Positions 48,040 to 58,435 of a stretch of 64,000 nucleotides of DNA are shown here, one piece after another; within the stretch, counting starts at the first letter, position 1, and every line of letters starts with the position of its first letter. The translations under genes and the position numbers were made by a program. The notes beneath the pieces are model-generated. The model worked only from the letters and a program-made list of their open reading frames with translations, was not told where the DNA came from and made no database searches. Source of the DNA: Mycobacterium sp. (lineage in GTDB: Bacteria; Actinomycetota; Actinomycetes; Mycobacteriales; Mycobacteriaceae); NCBI GenBank assembly GCA_046095365.1, contig JBJTJF010000077.1. One strand, 5' to 3'.

Positions 48040-48870
48040 CTACAGACCGGGGACCAGCGCAAGCTGGCGCGTTTGCACGACGATGCGCCCGGTGCTGTCG
48101 ACCACGGTGTGGTCCTCGTCGAACCAGTCCCGGCCGATCTCGGTGGTGGTGCACACCACCCGGAGCCACCCGTCGGCCGGCACTCCACGCAGGTAGGCGG
48201 TCAGCTGAACGGTCGGTGCCCAGCCCCGGCGGCCGACGGCGTAGGGCACCGGGAGCGAGATGTCGCCGCACATCAGCGCGAACAACTCGTCGACCCGACC
48301 CACCTTCGGGCGGACCCAGATCTGGAACGTCGGGGCGACGCCGGCCGACACCGACTCCACGACGAGCGGACGGATGTCACACCCGCGGGAGAGGTTGTTG
48401 ATCTCCGCCGCCGGATGCCCCGGGCCGATGGCAACCACGCCGGCCGGGGGGTCCGGGCTCATCAGCTCGGTCACCGGGGTGTGCGAGAACAGCGGCGGGG
48501 CGTTGTGCTCGGGCTCGCCGAGGGTTACCACCGCATGCACGCAGGCCCGGTCACCCTGGATCAGTTCGACGTCGACCAGGCCGATCCGGCGACCGCGCTT
48601 GCGCACGCCGGTGACCAGACGGACGGCGCCCGGGTCGGGGGCGGACAGGTAGTTCGCCGAGACCGCGATCGGGTACGCCGCCGGATCGGCGCCGCCCTCG
48701 GAGTAGGCCGAACGGGCGGCGTTGGCGCACAGCGCGATCATCACCCCGCCGTGCGGCTTGGGTCCGATGGTCCAGTGTTCGCCGAGTTCGGCATCGAAGT
48801 GACCCGCCGAACCGGGAACAGGACGCAGCGTCATCACCTCGGAGAACAACGGGGGCGCCTCGAATGTCAT
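48040..48870 (-). CDS. Thioesterase family protein (Rv0499-like)
   Basis: WTIGPKPHGG, WAPTVQLT, WFDED, double hot-dog pattern. Confidence 0.88.
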   Translation of the reverse strand: MTFEAPPLFSEVMTLRPVPGSAGHFDAELGEHWTIGPKPHGGVMIALCANAARSAYSEGGADPAAYPIAVSANYLSAPDPGAVRLVTGVRKRGRRIGLVDVELIQGDRACVHAVVTLGEPEHNAPPLFSHTPVTELMSPDPPAGVVAIGPGHPAAEINNLSRGCDIRPLVVESVSAGVAPTFQIWVRPKVGRVDELFALMCGDISLPVPYAVGRRGWAPTVQLTAYLRGVPADGWLRVVCTTTEIGRDWFDEDHTVVDSTGRIVVQTRQLALVPGL

Positions 48871-48881
48871 CGCCGGCCCTT

Positions 48882-49727
48882 CTAGCGGAGCAGGTGGGTG
48901 CGGGCGAACTCTAGCGACTCGGCGAGCAGGCCGTCGCGCTCGGCCTTGGAGCGCGCCCCCGACGTCGTGACCTCCAGGACCACGTGACCGGAGAAGTCGC
49001 TGCCGGCCAGCATCTGGCAGATCTCATGGGTGGGCTGGGTTCCGCGCCCCGGCGGCAGATGTTCGTCGGTGGAGGCGCCGTTGCCGTCGCACAGATGCAG
49101 GTGGACCAGTCCGTCCCCCATCCGTCGGGCCATGTCCAGCGCGTCGGTTCCGGCGGTAGCGGTGTGCGAGAGATCCAGGGTGTAGTGCGCGTGGTTGCCG
49201 TCCAGCGGGTCGTAGGACGGCGCGAAGGCCGATACGGCCGCCCCCGGACGGCCGCCCCGCCGGCGCATCCGCTCGATGGAGGGCTGACCGGAGCCGAAGA
49301 AGCGGTCGGCCCGGAACGGGAACATGTTCTCCACCGCGACCATGACCTCGCTGCGCTCCTCCAGCCAGGCGACCTGCTCGCTGAAACCCTCGGCGTACCG
49401 GCGCTGCCATCGGAAGGGCGGATGGACCACCACGGTCTGCGCACCGAGTCGTTCGGCGGCCTGCACGCTGCGGTTCAGCTTGGGGATCGGGTCAGGGCCC
49501 CATACCCGCTGGGAGATCAGCAGGCAGGGCGCGTGCACCGAGAGGACCGGAACGCCGTAGCGGCGCGACAGTTGCGAGATCGCGCCGACGTCCTGACTGA
49601 CGGTCTCCGCCCACACCATCAGCTCGACGCCGTCGTAGCCGAGTTCGGCCGCACACTCGAATGCGGCTTCAGTCTTCAGCGGGTAGACCGAAGCCGTCGA
49701 CAGGCCGACCTTGATCGCTGGGCGCAC
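48882..49727 (-). CDS. Sugar phosphate isomerase/epimerase (Rv0498-like)
   Basis: GLSTASVYP, LSVHAP, VVHPP, AVENMF, LDLSH, HLHLCDG, DEHL. Confidence 0.92.
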   Translation of the reverse strand: MRPAIKVGLSTASVYPLKTEAAFECAAELGYDGVELMVWAETVSQDVGAISQLSRRYGVPVLSVHAPCLLISQRVWGPDPIPKLNRSVQAAERLGAQTVVVHPPFRWQRRYAEGFSEQVAWLEERSEVMVAVENMFPFRADRFFGSGQPSIERMRRRGGRPGAAVSAFAPSYDPLDGNHAHYTLDLSHTATAGTDALDMARRMGDGLVHLHLCDGNGASTDEHLPPGRGTQPTHEICQMLAGSDFSGHVVLEVTTSGARSKAERDGLLAESLEFARTHLLR

Positions 49728-49731
49728 CGGG

Positions 49732-50949
49732 TCAGGTCTGCAGTGCGAGCGGACCCAGCGTCACCAGCAGCCCGACTGCCACCGCGGTGAGGGTGCTGAC
49801 GATGTCCTCGGTCTTACGGAGGATCCGTACGGCGGCCGCCAGCGCCACCACGACGATGACCGTAAGAACAAGGGCGACAAGGTGATTCCAGCGCCACAGC
49901 TGATCGAAGGCGATGAACAGCCCGGCGCCGAATACAACAGCCAGCAGCGACTGCAGGACCGCCAGTAACCCGTTCCCGAGCGCATTGGCCAACCGGCGCG
50001 GCTCGTGCCCGGCCGGGCCCTCGGCGTCCTCGCCGTCATAGTCAAGGACGGCTTCGGTGTCCGCATCGCCGGACTCCGCGACCACACCGCGACGGGCGAG
50101 GTCGTCGGCGACGGTGCCACCGGAGAACAGCGTGCCTTCCGACGCTCGCAAGTACGTTCGCAGCTCCTCGGCGTCGACGGCGTGTTCCTCGACGAGGTCG
50201 GCCAGGCTCACCGACCCGTCGACCGGGTCGTAGGCCATCTGCTCGGCGTCGGAGGACAACCGCTGCGGCCGCGGGTCGTGGCTGAGTTCGGGGCCGCCGC
50301 CGCGGCGGGGCAGCGGGCTGCTCGACCGCGGCGGCTGCGGGTGCGCCTCGGATTCCCCGGCCAACTCGGAGTAGCCGACGACATCGGACTCCACCACCAC
50401 CTCGGAGAAGCCGACAACATCGGACTCCTCGACCACTTCGGGGTGGACGACCGGCTCGGTGAACTCGTGGATGACCGGCGTCTGCTCTTCCGCTGCGGTG
50501 TAGACGATCACCATCTCCGACGACTCGGGCTCGAGAGCCGCGGCGGGATATTCGGCGGCCACCTCCTCGCCGGCTGAGTAGGTGTACTCCTCGCCTGCGT
50601 ACTCGGCAGCGGCCACCGCCTCGTCGGCGTGCTCGCCGTCCGCGTATTCCCCGTCGTATTCGTCCTCTGCGTACTCCCCGTCGTACTCCCCGTCGTACTC
50701 CCCCTCCGCGTACTCCCCCTCCGCGTACTCAACGTCGTCGCCGTCCTCGTCGACGTATTCGTCGTCACCGACGACCGGGATCTCCCCGGTCCGGACCACC
50801 GGGATCTCCCCGGTCAGTTCGGCCACCGAAACACCGTCGCTGTTGCGGCGCTTACGCCTGCGCCGGCCGCCGATCGGCGGTGCGCCGATGGTTCCGTTCC
50901 GGGCAAGCAGCTCGGCGACCGACAACGGCCGTTCCTCTGGTGCGCTCAT
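49732..50949 (-). CDS. Acidic membrane-anchored protein (Rv0497-like)
   Basis: LSVAELLARNGTIG, VAELTGEIP, TLFSGGTVADDLARR, three C-terminal TM helices with FDQLWRWN. Confidence 0.85.
   Translation of the reverse strand: MSAPEERPLSVAELLARNGTIGAPPIGGRRRRKRRNSDGVSVAELTGEIPVVRTGEIPVVGDDEYVDEDGDDVEYAEGEYAEGEYDGEYDGEYAEDEYDGEYADGEHADEAVAAAEYAGEEYTYSAGEEVAAEYPAAALEPESSEMVIVYTAAEEQTPVIHEFTEPVVHPEVVEESDVVGFSEVVVESDVVGYSELAGESEAHPQPPRSSSPLPRRGGGPELSHDPRPQRLSSDAEQMAYDPVDGSVSLADLVEEHAVDAEELRTYLRASEGTLFSGGTVADDLARRGVVAESGDADTEAVLDYDGEDAEGPAGHEPRRLANALGNGLLAVLQSLLAVVFGAGLFIAFDQLWRWNHLVALVLTVIVVVALAAAVRILRKTEDIVSTLTAVAVGLLVTLGPLALQT
50335..50820 (-). repeat. Intragenic tandem duplications in the Rv0497-like gene
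   Basis: TGEIPVV x2, EYAEG x2 and EYDG x3, ESDVVG(F/Y)SE x2, all visible at DNA level. Confidence 0.8.
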
Positions 50950-50962
50950 CGTGTCTCGCCTC

Positions 50963-51925
50963 TCAGTCGGCCTGCGCGGCCTGCACGAACGCGGTCCCGT
51001 CCGCCTCACTGTCCAACCGGCGCAGGATGATGCCCTCCCGCAGCGCCCACGGGCAGATCTGCACCGACTCCAGGGACAGTGCTCTCATACTCGCCTCCGC
51101 TACCAGGGCGCCGGCCACGATCTGCGGCGCCCGTTCGGCGCTGACCCCTTCCAGGTCAGCGCGATCCGCTGTGGTCATCCTAGAGATGAACGCTATGAGT
51201 TGCCGAAGGCCGTTGGCGGTGAGGACCCGCTGAACCCGCGGCCCGGCGGCCGAGGGCGCGGCGCCGGTCAGTCTGGCCAGCGAACGGAACGTCTTGGATG
51301 TGCCCACCGCCAGATCCGGCGGACCCACGTCCTGCACCGCCCGGGCAGCCTCGGCCAGCTCGCTGTCCAGCCAGTCCCGCAGCATGTCCACCCGCCTCCG
51401 GCCCGGCGGGTCCTTGGTCAGCCACTCGCGCGTCAGCCGGCCGGCGCCCAGTGGCAACGACAGCGCGACGTCGGGCGCCTCGTCAACCCCTGATGACATC
51501 TCCAGCGAACCGCCGCCGATATCGAGGCCGGTGATGCGCCCCGCGCTCCACCCGTACCAGCGCCGCACCGCAAGGAAGGTCAGCCGGGACTCGTCGGCTC
51601 CGGAGAGCACCTGGAGGTCGACTCCGGTCTCGGCGCGGACCTGAGCGAGCACCTGGTCGGAGTTGGTGGCGTCGCGGACCGCCGAGGTGGCGAATGCCAT
51701 CAGATCCTCACAACCGGAACTGCGGGCGATCTTGGCGAACTCGTCCACGGTCTCGGTGAGCTTGTCCGCACCGCGGCGGGTGAGCTTGCCGGAGTCGTCG
51801 ATCGCCTCGGCGAGCCGCAGCGGGGCCTTGGTGGAACTCATCGGCGTCGGGTGGCCACCGCGGTGAGCATCGACCACAAGCAGATGAACCGTGTTGCTGC
51901 CCACGTCGAGCACGCCGAGTCTCAC
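50963..51925 (-). CDS. ppx: Exopolyphosphatase Ppx/GppA (Rv0496-like)
   Basis: [37 protein letters not shown]. Confidence 0.95.
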   Translation of the reverse strand: MRLGVLDVGSNTVHLLVVDAHRGGHPTPMSSTKAPLRLAEAIDDSGKLTRRGADKLTETVDEFAKIARSSGCEDLMAFATSAVRDATNSDQVLAQVRAETGVDLQVLSGADESRLTFLAVRRWYGWSAGRITGLDIGGGSLEMSSGVDEAPDVALSLPLGAGRLTREWLTKDPPGRRRVDMLRDWLDSELAEAARAVQDVGPPDLAVGTSKTFRSLARLTGAAPSAAGPRVQRVLTANGLRQLIAFISRMTTADRADLEGVSAERAPQIVAGALVAEASMRALSLESVQICPWALREGIILRRLDSEADGTAFVQAAQAD

Positions 51926-51966
51926 GTGTTCAACCTAGCGGCCTGCGTGGTCTACCGTTTAGTTCC

Positions 51967-52755
51967 GTGACTCCCAGTAATCCCGGCGAGGTCGAACTGG
52001 ACTTCCCACGCGAGTGGGTGGAGTTCTACGACCCGGCCAACCCCGAGCACCTGATCGCCGCGGACCTGACCTGGCTGCTGTCGAACTGGACGTGCGTGTA
52101 CGGCACGCCGGCATGCCAGGGCACCGTCGAGGGTCGCCCCGACGACGGGTGCTGTTCGCACGGAGCCTTCCTCTCCGACGACGACGACCGCGCGAAACTC
52201 GACGACGCCGTCAAGACGCTGAGCGACAAGGACTGGCAGTTCCGCGACAAAGGCCTCGGCCCGAAGGGCTACCTGGAGATGGACGAATACGAGGACAAGC
52301 CCAACCTGCGGACCCGAAAGTACAAGGGCGCCTGCATTTTCCTGAATCGCCAGGGATTCGCCGGGGGTATCGGCTGCGCCCTGCACAGCAAGGCGCTCAA
52401 GCTGGGCGTGGAGCCGCTGACCATGAAGCCCGAGGTGTGCTGGCAGCTCCCGATCCGGCGCGTTCAGGAGTGGGTGACCCGCCCCGACGGCAGCGAGATC
52501 CTCAAGACCACGATCTCCGAGTACGACCGGCGGGGCTGGGGCGAGGGCGGTGAGGACCTGCACTGGTACTGCAGTGGCGACCCGGCCGCGCACGTCGGGA
52601 AGAAGCCGGTATGGCAGTCCTATGCCGCCGAGCTCACCGAGCTGCTCGGCGAGAAGACCTATGCCGAGCTGGCCGCTATGTGCAAGCGGCGCAGCGGATT
52701 CCCATTGATCGCCGTTCACCCCGCCACCCGCGCCGCGGCCGGCAGCGGGCGCTAG
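51967..52755 (+). CDS. Conserved Cys-rich protein (Rv0495c-like)
   Basis: [43 protein letters not shown]. Confidence 0.9.
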   Translation: MTPSNPGEVELDFPREWVEFYDPANPEHLIAADLTWLLSNWTCVYGTPACQGTVEGRPDDGCCSHGAFLSDDDDRAKLDDAVKTLSDKDWQFRDKGLGPKGYLEMDEYEDKPNLRTRKYKGACIFLNRQGFAGGIGCALHSKALKLGVEPLTMKPEVCWQLPIRRVQEWVTRPDGSEILKTTISEYDRRGWGEGGEDLHWYCSGDPAAHVGKKPVWQSYAAELTELLGEKTYAELAAMCKRRSGFPLIAVHPATRAAAGSGR

Positions 52756-52779
52756 CCAGACTACGGAGGGACTCAGGAC

Positions 52780-55194
52780 ATGACAGCTGCGCAATTCGTC
52801 GGTCGGGTCGGCGGTCTGGCGTTCGCGTTGGGTGTCAGCGCCGCGGTGTTCTCCGGCACCCCGGTCGCGTGGGCCGAGGGGCCGGCTGACACCGCGGCAT
52901 CGAGCGGCGACTCGGCCCGGGCCGGGCGCGCCACCGGTGCCGCGGTCGGCTCCCCGCACCGGACGCGGCGTGCACCCGACCGCGACGTGGCCCGGATCGG
53001 ACCGGCCGCGGCGAACCCGCCCGCAGGCCGGCGCCACCGCCCGGGCCAGGTCGCACGACCGGCGCCGATTGCCGCCCCGGCCGCCGGCAAGGACGGCGGG
53101 CCGACCCGGCCGGCCGGCAGCGCCCGCGCCGTCCGGCCGGGATCGCCGTCGCAGTCCCCGCTGGCCTGGGCGGCGCTGGCGATCACCCGCCGGCAGGCCG
53201 CAAGCACGGCCACCGGCCCGATCACGGTGAACCCCGAGGTCCGGTGGAGCGACGGGATCTTGTTCGGCACCCTCAACGCCACCTCCCGCCGAGGCCTGCC
53301 GCTGTCCTACTCCGTGGTGAGCGAGCCGAGCCTGGGCGGAAAGATCTCCTGGGCGCCCGACTCGGACGGGACCAGAACCGACCAGTTCTCCTATCTGCCC
53401 TATATGACCTCACTGACCGACCCGGGGCAGAACGAACAGTTCCGCGTGCTCGTCGCCGAGGTCACGCGGTTCGACAGCTTCATCGGCGGCATCCCGTTGA
53501 TCGGGGACCTGTGGGAGCCCGTTCAGAAAACCCTGCACCGACTTCCTCTCGTCAGCACGCTGCTGACACCGCTCATCGGCGCCGCACAGATCGCCAGGTT
53601 CGACGAGAACCCCTCGACGCTGGCCGCCGGGCGTCCGGTCGGGTTCACCTACCTCATGCCGTCCTTCGACGGCACCCCGATCAGCGTCAACTACTTCCCG
53701 GCCGCCGAGGTCGCCAGCGGAGCGGTCGCCTCGGCGCCCACCGTCCTCAACGGACCGGATCTGGGCTTCCCCGGCAACACCGACGTCTATGCGGTCTGGG
53801 CTCCCAGCCTTGTCGGGATCGTCCCGGGAATACCGACACTGCGCTCGGGTGCGAGCCCGTTCGCCGGGGGCTACTCCGCCAGCACCGGATTCAACGTCAT
53901 CACCTGGGACCCCCGCGGCGAGTGGGCTTCCGGCGGTGTCCTGCAACTCGACAGCCCCTTCTACGAGGGGCGCGACGTCTCCTCGATCATCTCCTGGTCC
54001 GCGAGCCCGTCGAACGTCGCCCAGGGCCAGGTGGCAACCGACAGCGGTGACCCGCTCGTCGGGATGGTCGGAGGTTCCTACGGAGGCGGCATCCAACTCA
54101 CCAGCGCCGCAACGGATCCCCGTATCGACGCGATCGTTCCGGGCATCGCGTGGAACACGCTCAACGAGTCGCTCTACCCCAGCAACACCTTCAAGACCGT
54201 CATCGGGACGGAATTGCTGCTGGCCCTCGTGGGCACCGGGGCGCGAATCAACTCCCAGATCTATCCCGCCATCGTCACGGGCGATCTTTTCAGCCGCTTG
54301 AGCCAGAGCGCGCAGGCACTGCTGACCAGCGCCGGTCCGGGAATCCTGGCCGGGAACATCACCGCGCCAAGCCTTTTCCTGCAGGGGACGGTAGACATCC
54401 TCTTCGAACTCGACGCGGCAAGCACCAACGCCCAGGCCATCCTCGGCGGCGATCCCCGCACGCCGGTCAAGATCACCTGGTTCTGCGGCGGCCACGGAGT
54501 CTGCCTGCTGCCCGCGCAGAACCAGGAGACCCAGGGCCTGCTGAACATGAACGACAGCCTGCGCTGGCTGGATCAGTACGTCGCCGGCAACCCTTCGGCC
54601 GGCGCCGACACCATTCCGGCCTTCCAGTGGTACGACCAGGCCGGCGCCTACCACAGCTCGGACCGCAGCCCCTTCGACCCGCTGTTCAACAAGCCGGCCC
54701 CGCTGGGCTACACCGGCGCCGGCGGTCCCCTCCTCCTGGTCCCGCTGCTCGGCGGGTCGGGTCCCTCCCAGGCGGCAGTCCCGCCGGCGAAACCGACGTT
54801 GTTCAGCACCGCCTTCGCGCTCGCCAGCGGCAGCAAGGCACGGAACGCGCTGAACCTCGAGGTCGATCCACCGGTCGGGACGGTCATCGCGGGGGCGCCG
54901 ACCCTGAGCTTCGGCTACAGCGGGATCGGCACCAGCCGCGCCGTCTACGCCCAGCTGGTGGACGAGGCCACCGGACAGGTGGTGGGTAACATCGTCACGC
55001 CTGTCCCGGTCACCCTCGACGGCCGGGAGCGCACGGTGTCGGTTCCGATGGCCGACATCGCCTACACCGTCGGAAATCCCGCCGACTCGATGACACTTCA
55101 GATCACCAGCTCGGCCCTGCCGTACGCCAACGCCTTCGCCTGGGGCTTCATCAACGTCGGCGACGTCGAGCTTGAAGTGCCGACGGTAGCCTGA
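52780..55194 (+). CDS. Secreted CocE/NonD (S15)-family alpha/beta hydrolase
   Basis: Signal GRVGGLAFALGV..AWA, low-complexity linker, TWDPRG, nucleophile GGSYGG, GTVD, GGHG, C-terminal beta-rich domain. Confidence 0.85.
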   Translation: MTAAQFVGRVGGLAFALGVSAAVFSGTPVAWAEGPADTAASSGDSARAGRATGAAVGSPHRTRRAPDRDVARIGPAAANPPAGRRHRPGQVARPAPIAAPAAGKDGGPTRPAGSARAVRPGSPSQSPLAWAALAITRRQAASTATGPITVNPEVRWSDGILFGTLNATSRRGLPLSYSVVSEPSLGGKISWAPDSDGTRTDQFSYLPYMTSLTDPGQNEQFRVLVAEVTRFDSFIGGIPLIGDLWEPVQKTLHRLPLVSTLLTPLIGAAQIARFDENPSTLAAGRPVGFTYLMPSFDGTPISVNYFPAAEVASGAVASAPTVLNGPDLGFPGNTDVYAVWAPSLVGIVPGIPTLRSGASPFAGGYSASTGFNVITWDPRGEWASGGVLQLDSPFYEGRDVSSIISWSASPSNVAQGQVATDSGDPLVGMVGGSYGGGIQLTSAATDPRIDAIVPGIAWNTLNESLYPSNTFKTVIGTELLLALVGTGARINSQIYPAIVTGDLFSRLSQSAQALLTSAGPGILAGNITAPSLFLQGTVDILFELDAASTNAQAILGGDPRTPVKITWFCGGHGVCLLPAQNQETQGLLNMNDSLRWLDQYVAGNPSAGADTIPAFQWYDQAGAYHSSDRSPFDPLFNKPAPLGYTGAGGPLLLVPLLGGSGPSQAAVPPAKPTLFSTAFALASGSKARNALNLEVDPPVGTVIAGAPTLSFGYSGIGTSRAVYAQLVDEATGQVVGNIVTPVPVTLDGRERTVSVPMADIAYTVGNPADSMTLQITSSALPYANAFAWGFINVGDVELEVPTVA

Positions 55195-55195
55195 G

Positions 55196-55876
55196 CTAAC
55201 CTTCCAGCTTGTAACCAAGCCCCCGCACGGTGAGGAGCCGCATCGGGTTGGCCGGGTCTTCCTCGATCTTGGACCGCAGCCGCTTGACGTGGACGTCCAG
55301 GGTCTTGGTGTCCCCGACGTAGTCCGAACCCCATACCCGGTCGATGAGCTGCCCGCGGGTGAGCACCCGGCCCTTGTTGCGCATCAGGAACTCGAGGAGG
55401 TCGAACTCCTTGAGCGGCAGGGATATCTGCTCGCCACCGACACTGACGGTGTGCCGCTCGATGTCCATGCGCACCGGACCGGCCTCCAGCACCGTGTCGC
55501 CGACATCGTCTCCTTCGCTCCCGCGGCGCAGCACCGCGCGAATACGCGCGATCAGTTCTCGTGCCGAGTAGGGCTTGGTGACGTAGTCGTCGGCGCCGAG
55601 TTCCAGGCCGACCACCTTGTCAATTTCACTGTCGCGGGCGGTCACCATGATGACCGGGACGCTGGAACGGGCCCGCAACTGCTTGCACACCTCGGTGCCG
55701 CTCATCCCGGGCAGCATCAGGTCCAGCAGGACGATGTCGGCTCCGGTCCGGTCGAACTCGGCCAGGGCGGCGGCACCATCCTGGACGACGGTGGTCTCGA
55801 AACCCTCCTTGCGCAGCAGAAAGGCAAGCGGGTCGGCCAGCGACTCCTCGTCCTCAACCACCAGCACCCGAATCAC
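55196..55876 (-). CDS. regX3: Response regulator RegX3
   Basis: [61 protein letters not shown]. Confidence 0.97.
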   Translation of the reverse strand: MIRVLVVEDEESLADPLAFLLRKEGFETTVVQDGAAALAEFDRTGADIVLLDLMLPGMSGTEVCKQLRARSSVPVIMVTARDSEIDKVVGLELGADDYVTKPYSARELIARIRAVLRRGSEGDDVGDTVLEAGPVRMDIERHTVSVGGEQISLPLKEFDLLEFLMRNKGRVLTRGQLIDRVWGSDYVGDTKTLDVHVKRLRSKIEEDPANPMRLLTVRGLGYKLEG

Positions 55877-57024
55877 TGCGCCTCCTGCGTCTCATAGGCC
55901 GGGATGGACAACGTGAAGGTCGAACCGGTGCCGCGCCTGCTCCACAACCGGATGCTGCCGTTGTGGTTGGCCGCGACGTGCTTGACGATGGCAAGCCCGA
56001 GGCCGGTGCCGCCGGTCTCCCGGGACCTCGCCTTGTCCACCCTGAAGAACCGCTCGAAGACCCGCTCCTGGTCGGCCTGGGCAATTCCGATACCGCGGTC
56101 GGTGACCGCGATCTCCACCATGTCACCGCGGCGGCGCCGGCTGATCGACACCGTCGAGCCGTCGGGCGAGTACGCGATCGCGTTGGAGACGAGGTTGGAG
56201 ACTGCGGTGACCAGCAGGGTCTCGTCACCGAGAACTTTGAAACCGGAGGGCTCGTCGGTCGTGATCAGGATGTTCGCATTCTCAGCCGCAACCTTGTAGC
56301 GCGAAATCGCCTCCTGCACAACGGTGTCCACGTCCACCGCGACCAGATCAGGCAGCGGTTCGGCGCCCTGCAGCCGGGACAGCTCGATCAGTTCGCCGAC
56401 CATGTTGCCCAGCCGCCGAGCCTCGGTGTTGAGCCTGCGCCCGAACCGCTCGGTGGTCGCTGGATCGTTGATCGACTCCAGCAGCGCCTCGGAGAGGACC
56501 GACATCGCCGCGACCGGTGTCTTGAGCTCATGGCTGACATTGGCGACGAAGTCGCGGCGGGTGGCCTCCATCCGGGCCTGCTCGGACTGGTCGTCGAGGT
56601 AGATGACCGCCAGCCGGGGCGACTGGCGGTCCAACTGCCTGATCCTGGCGTGAACGGCGATCCCGGCGCGCCGGCCGGCCAGCCCGCGCGGCGCCGACAG
56701 GTCCACCTCGACGTCGGCGCCGGTGCTCAACGTTCGCTGGGTGGCGGCCCAGAGGCGCTCGTCCAGGCCGGTCTCCCGGATCATGCCCATGTCCGCGGCG
56801 CGCTCGTTGCTGACCAGCACGTCCCGGCCGGAGTCGACTACAAGCACACCGATCGGGGCGTTGGCGACCGCGCGCTGCAGAAGTTCGGAGGCGGTCATGG
56901 TGCCTTGGGTGGCGGTTGGCCGGCCCCGCCGGGACCGGGCCGCCAGAAGCGAGGCGGCCGAGGACCCGAGTACACAGCCCCCCAGGCCCGCGACGACCGC
57001 GAGCGCCACCGCGCTGAAACTCAC
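55873..57024 (-). CDS. senX3: Sensor kinase SenX3
   Basis: [48 protein letters not shown]. Confidence 0.96.
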   Translation of the reverse strand: MSFSAVALAVVAGLGGCVLGSSAASLLAARSRRGRPTATQGTMTASELLQRAVANAPIGVLVVDSGRDVLVSNERAADMGMIRETGLDERLWAATQRTLSTGADVEVDLSAPRGLAGRRAGIAVHARIRQLDRQSPRLAVIYLDDQSEQARMEATRRDFVANVSHELKTPVAAMSVLSEALLESINDPATTERFGRRLNTEARRLGNMVGELIELSRLQGAEPLPDLVAVDVDTVVQEAISRYKVAAENANILITTDEPSGFKVLGDETLLVTAVSNLVSNAIAYSPDGSTVSISRRRRGDMVEIAVTDRGIGIAQADQERVFERFFRVDKARSRETGGTGLGLAIVKHVAANHNGSIRLWSRRGTGSTFTLSIPAYETQEAQ

Positions 57025-57084
57025 CCTCGAAGCGTACGCAGTGCCGGAGTACCTGGGGAACCCGGCATGACCGCCGAAATGCTA

Positions 57085-57117
57085 GTTCAGCGGTCGTTTA
57101 CCGAATGTTCTATTTCG
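57085..57117 (+). promoter_or_regulatory. Putative RegX3 PHO-box repeats upstream of senX3
   Basis: GTTCAGCGGTC GTTTACCGAAT GTTCTATTTCG in 11-nt register, 61-93 nt upstream of the senX3 GTG. Confidence 0.7.
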
Positions 57118-57862
57118 AACCCTGGCTGGCGACCGCCGCCGCGCCGGCGGCGGCGGCCTCGGGGTCGAGGTAGGTCCCACCGGCCACCTTCGGCTTGAGG
57201 TTGGCGTCGAGGTCGTAGCGCAGCGGAATCCCGGTCGGGATGTTCAATGCCACCACCGCCTCGTCGGACATGCCGTCGAGATACTTCACCAGCGCCCGCA
57301 GCGAGTTGCCGTGCGCGGCGATCAGCACCGTCTTGCCCGCGCGCAGATCCGGGGCGATGGTGTTCTCGAAGTACGGAACGAACCGGGCCACGACGTCGGC
57401 GAGGCATTCAGTCAGCGGGCCTCCGTCGATGTCGGCGTAGCGCGGGTCGGCGTCCTGGCTGAACTTGCTGCCCCGCTCGATCGGCGGCGGCGGGGTGTCG
57501 TAGCTGCGCCGCCAGGCCATGAACTGTTCCTCGCCGTACTTGGCCTTCGTCTCGGCCTTGTCCAGTCCCTGCAGCGCCCCGTAGTGCCGCTCGTTGAGCC
57601 GCCAGTTGCGGTGCACCGGAATCCAGTGCCGGTCCGCCTTGTCCAGCGCCAGGTTCGCGGTGTTGATCGCGCGGCGCAGCAGCGAGGTGTACACCACGTC
57701 GGGCAGCTCGTCGAGAGCTCCGATCAGTTCACCGGCGCGTGCCGCCTCGGCGCGGCCCTTGTCGGTCAGGTCCACGTCCACCCAGCCGGTGAACAGGTTG
57801 AGTGCGTTCCACTGGCTCTCGCCGTGGCGGAGCAGGATCAGAGTGCAGTCACCGTCAGCCAT
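57110..57862 (-). CDS. gpmA: 2,3-BPG-dependent phosphoglycerate mutase
   Basis: [34 protein letters not shown]. Confidence 0.98.
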   Translation of the reverse strand: MADGDCTLILLRHGESQWNALNLFTGWVDVDLTDKGRAEAARAGELIGALDELPDVVYTSLLRRAINTANLALDKADRHWIPVHRNWRLNERHYGALQGLDKAETKAKYGEEQFMAWRRSYDTPPPPIERGSKFSQDADPRYADIDGGPLTECLADVVARFVPYFENTIAPDLRAGKTVLIAAHGNSLRALVKYLDGMSDEAVVALNIPTGIPLRYDLDANLKPKVAGGTYLDPEAAAAGAAAVASQGSK

Positions 57863-57886
57863 AGCCGAAGTGTCTCACGCTGGCGC

Positions 57887-58435
57887 TCAGCGTTTGCCGT
57901 CTTCGCCTCGGTTGCCGTGCTCGCCGGGATCCTCGTCGATGAGATGTTTGAAGGCCCTCAGGTTCTTGAGCGATTCGCCGCGAGCCACCCGCCAGGCCCA
58001 TTCCTTGCGGATCGAGGATGCGAATCCGAGTTCGAGCAGGGTGTTGAAGTCGTTGTTGACCGCCTCGAGCACCTGCCCGAGCACCCGGTCGATCTCGGCC
58101 GGGCTGACGATGTCCAGAGCCATCCGGCCGACCAGGTAGATGTCGCCGATGTTGTCCAGGGTGTAGGCCACCCCGTAGAGCCGTCGATTACGTCTGAGCA
58201 GGAAGTGGTAGACGTTCGCGTGGTTCTCGTCGGGCCGGCGGCAGACGAAGGCCTCCACCCTGACCGAGTGGTCACCGACCGTCAGCAGGGTGTTGGTCAC
58301 CAGTTTGCGCTCGCCGGGCAGTTCGACGATCAGTCCGGGAGCGCCGACGTGGGCGCCTTCGTAGCGGGTGTAGTTCAGACCGTGCTCGGCGAGTGTCTGC
58401 TCGATCTCCCGGCAGATCCGTTCCTCGGTGCTCAT
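57887..58435 (-). CDS. YbjN-domain protein (Rv0487-like)
   Basis: [36 protein letters not shown]. Confidence 0.9.
   Translation of the reverse strand: MSTEERICREIEQTLAEHGLNYTRYEGAHVGAPGLIVELPGERKLVTNTLLTVGDHSVRVEAFVCRRPDENHANVYHFLLRRNRRLYGVAYTLDNIGDIYLVGRMALDIVSPAEIDRVLGQVLEAVNNDFNTLLELGFASSIRKEWAWRVARGESLKNLRAFKHLIDEDPGEHGNRGEDGKR

Noticed and set aside
51926-51940. GTTCA upstream of ppx as a PHO box
   Set aside because: It is a single unit with no 11-bp partner repeat.
55873-55880. MIRU between senX3 and regX3
   Set aside because: The genes overlap directly (GTGA) with no intergenic repeat.
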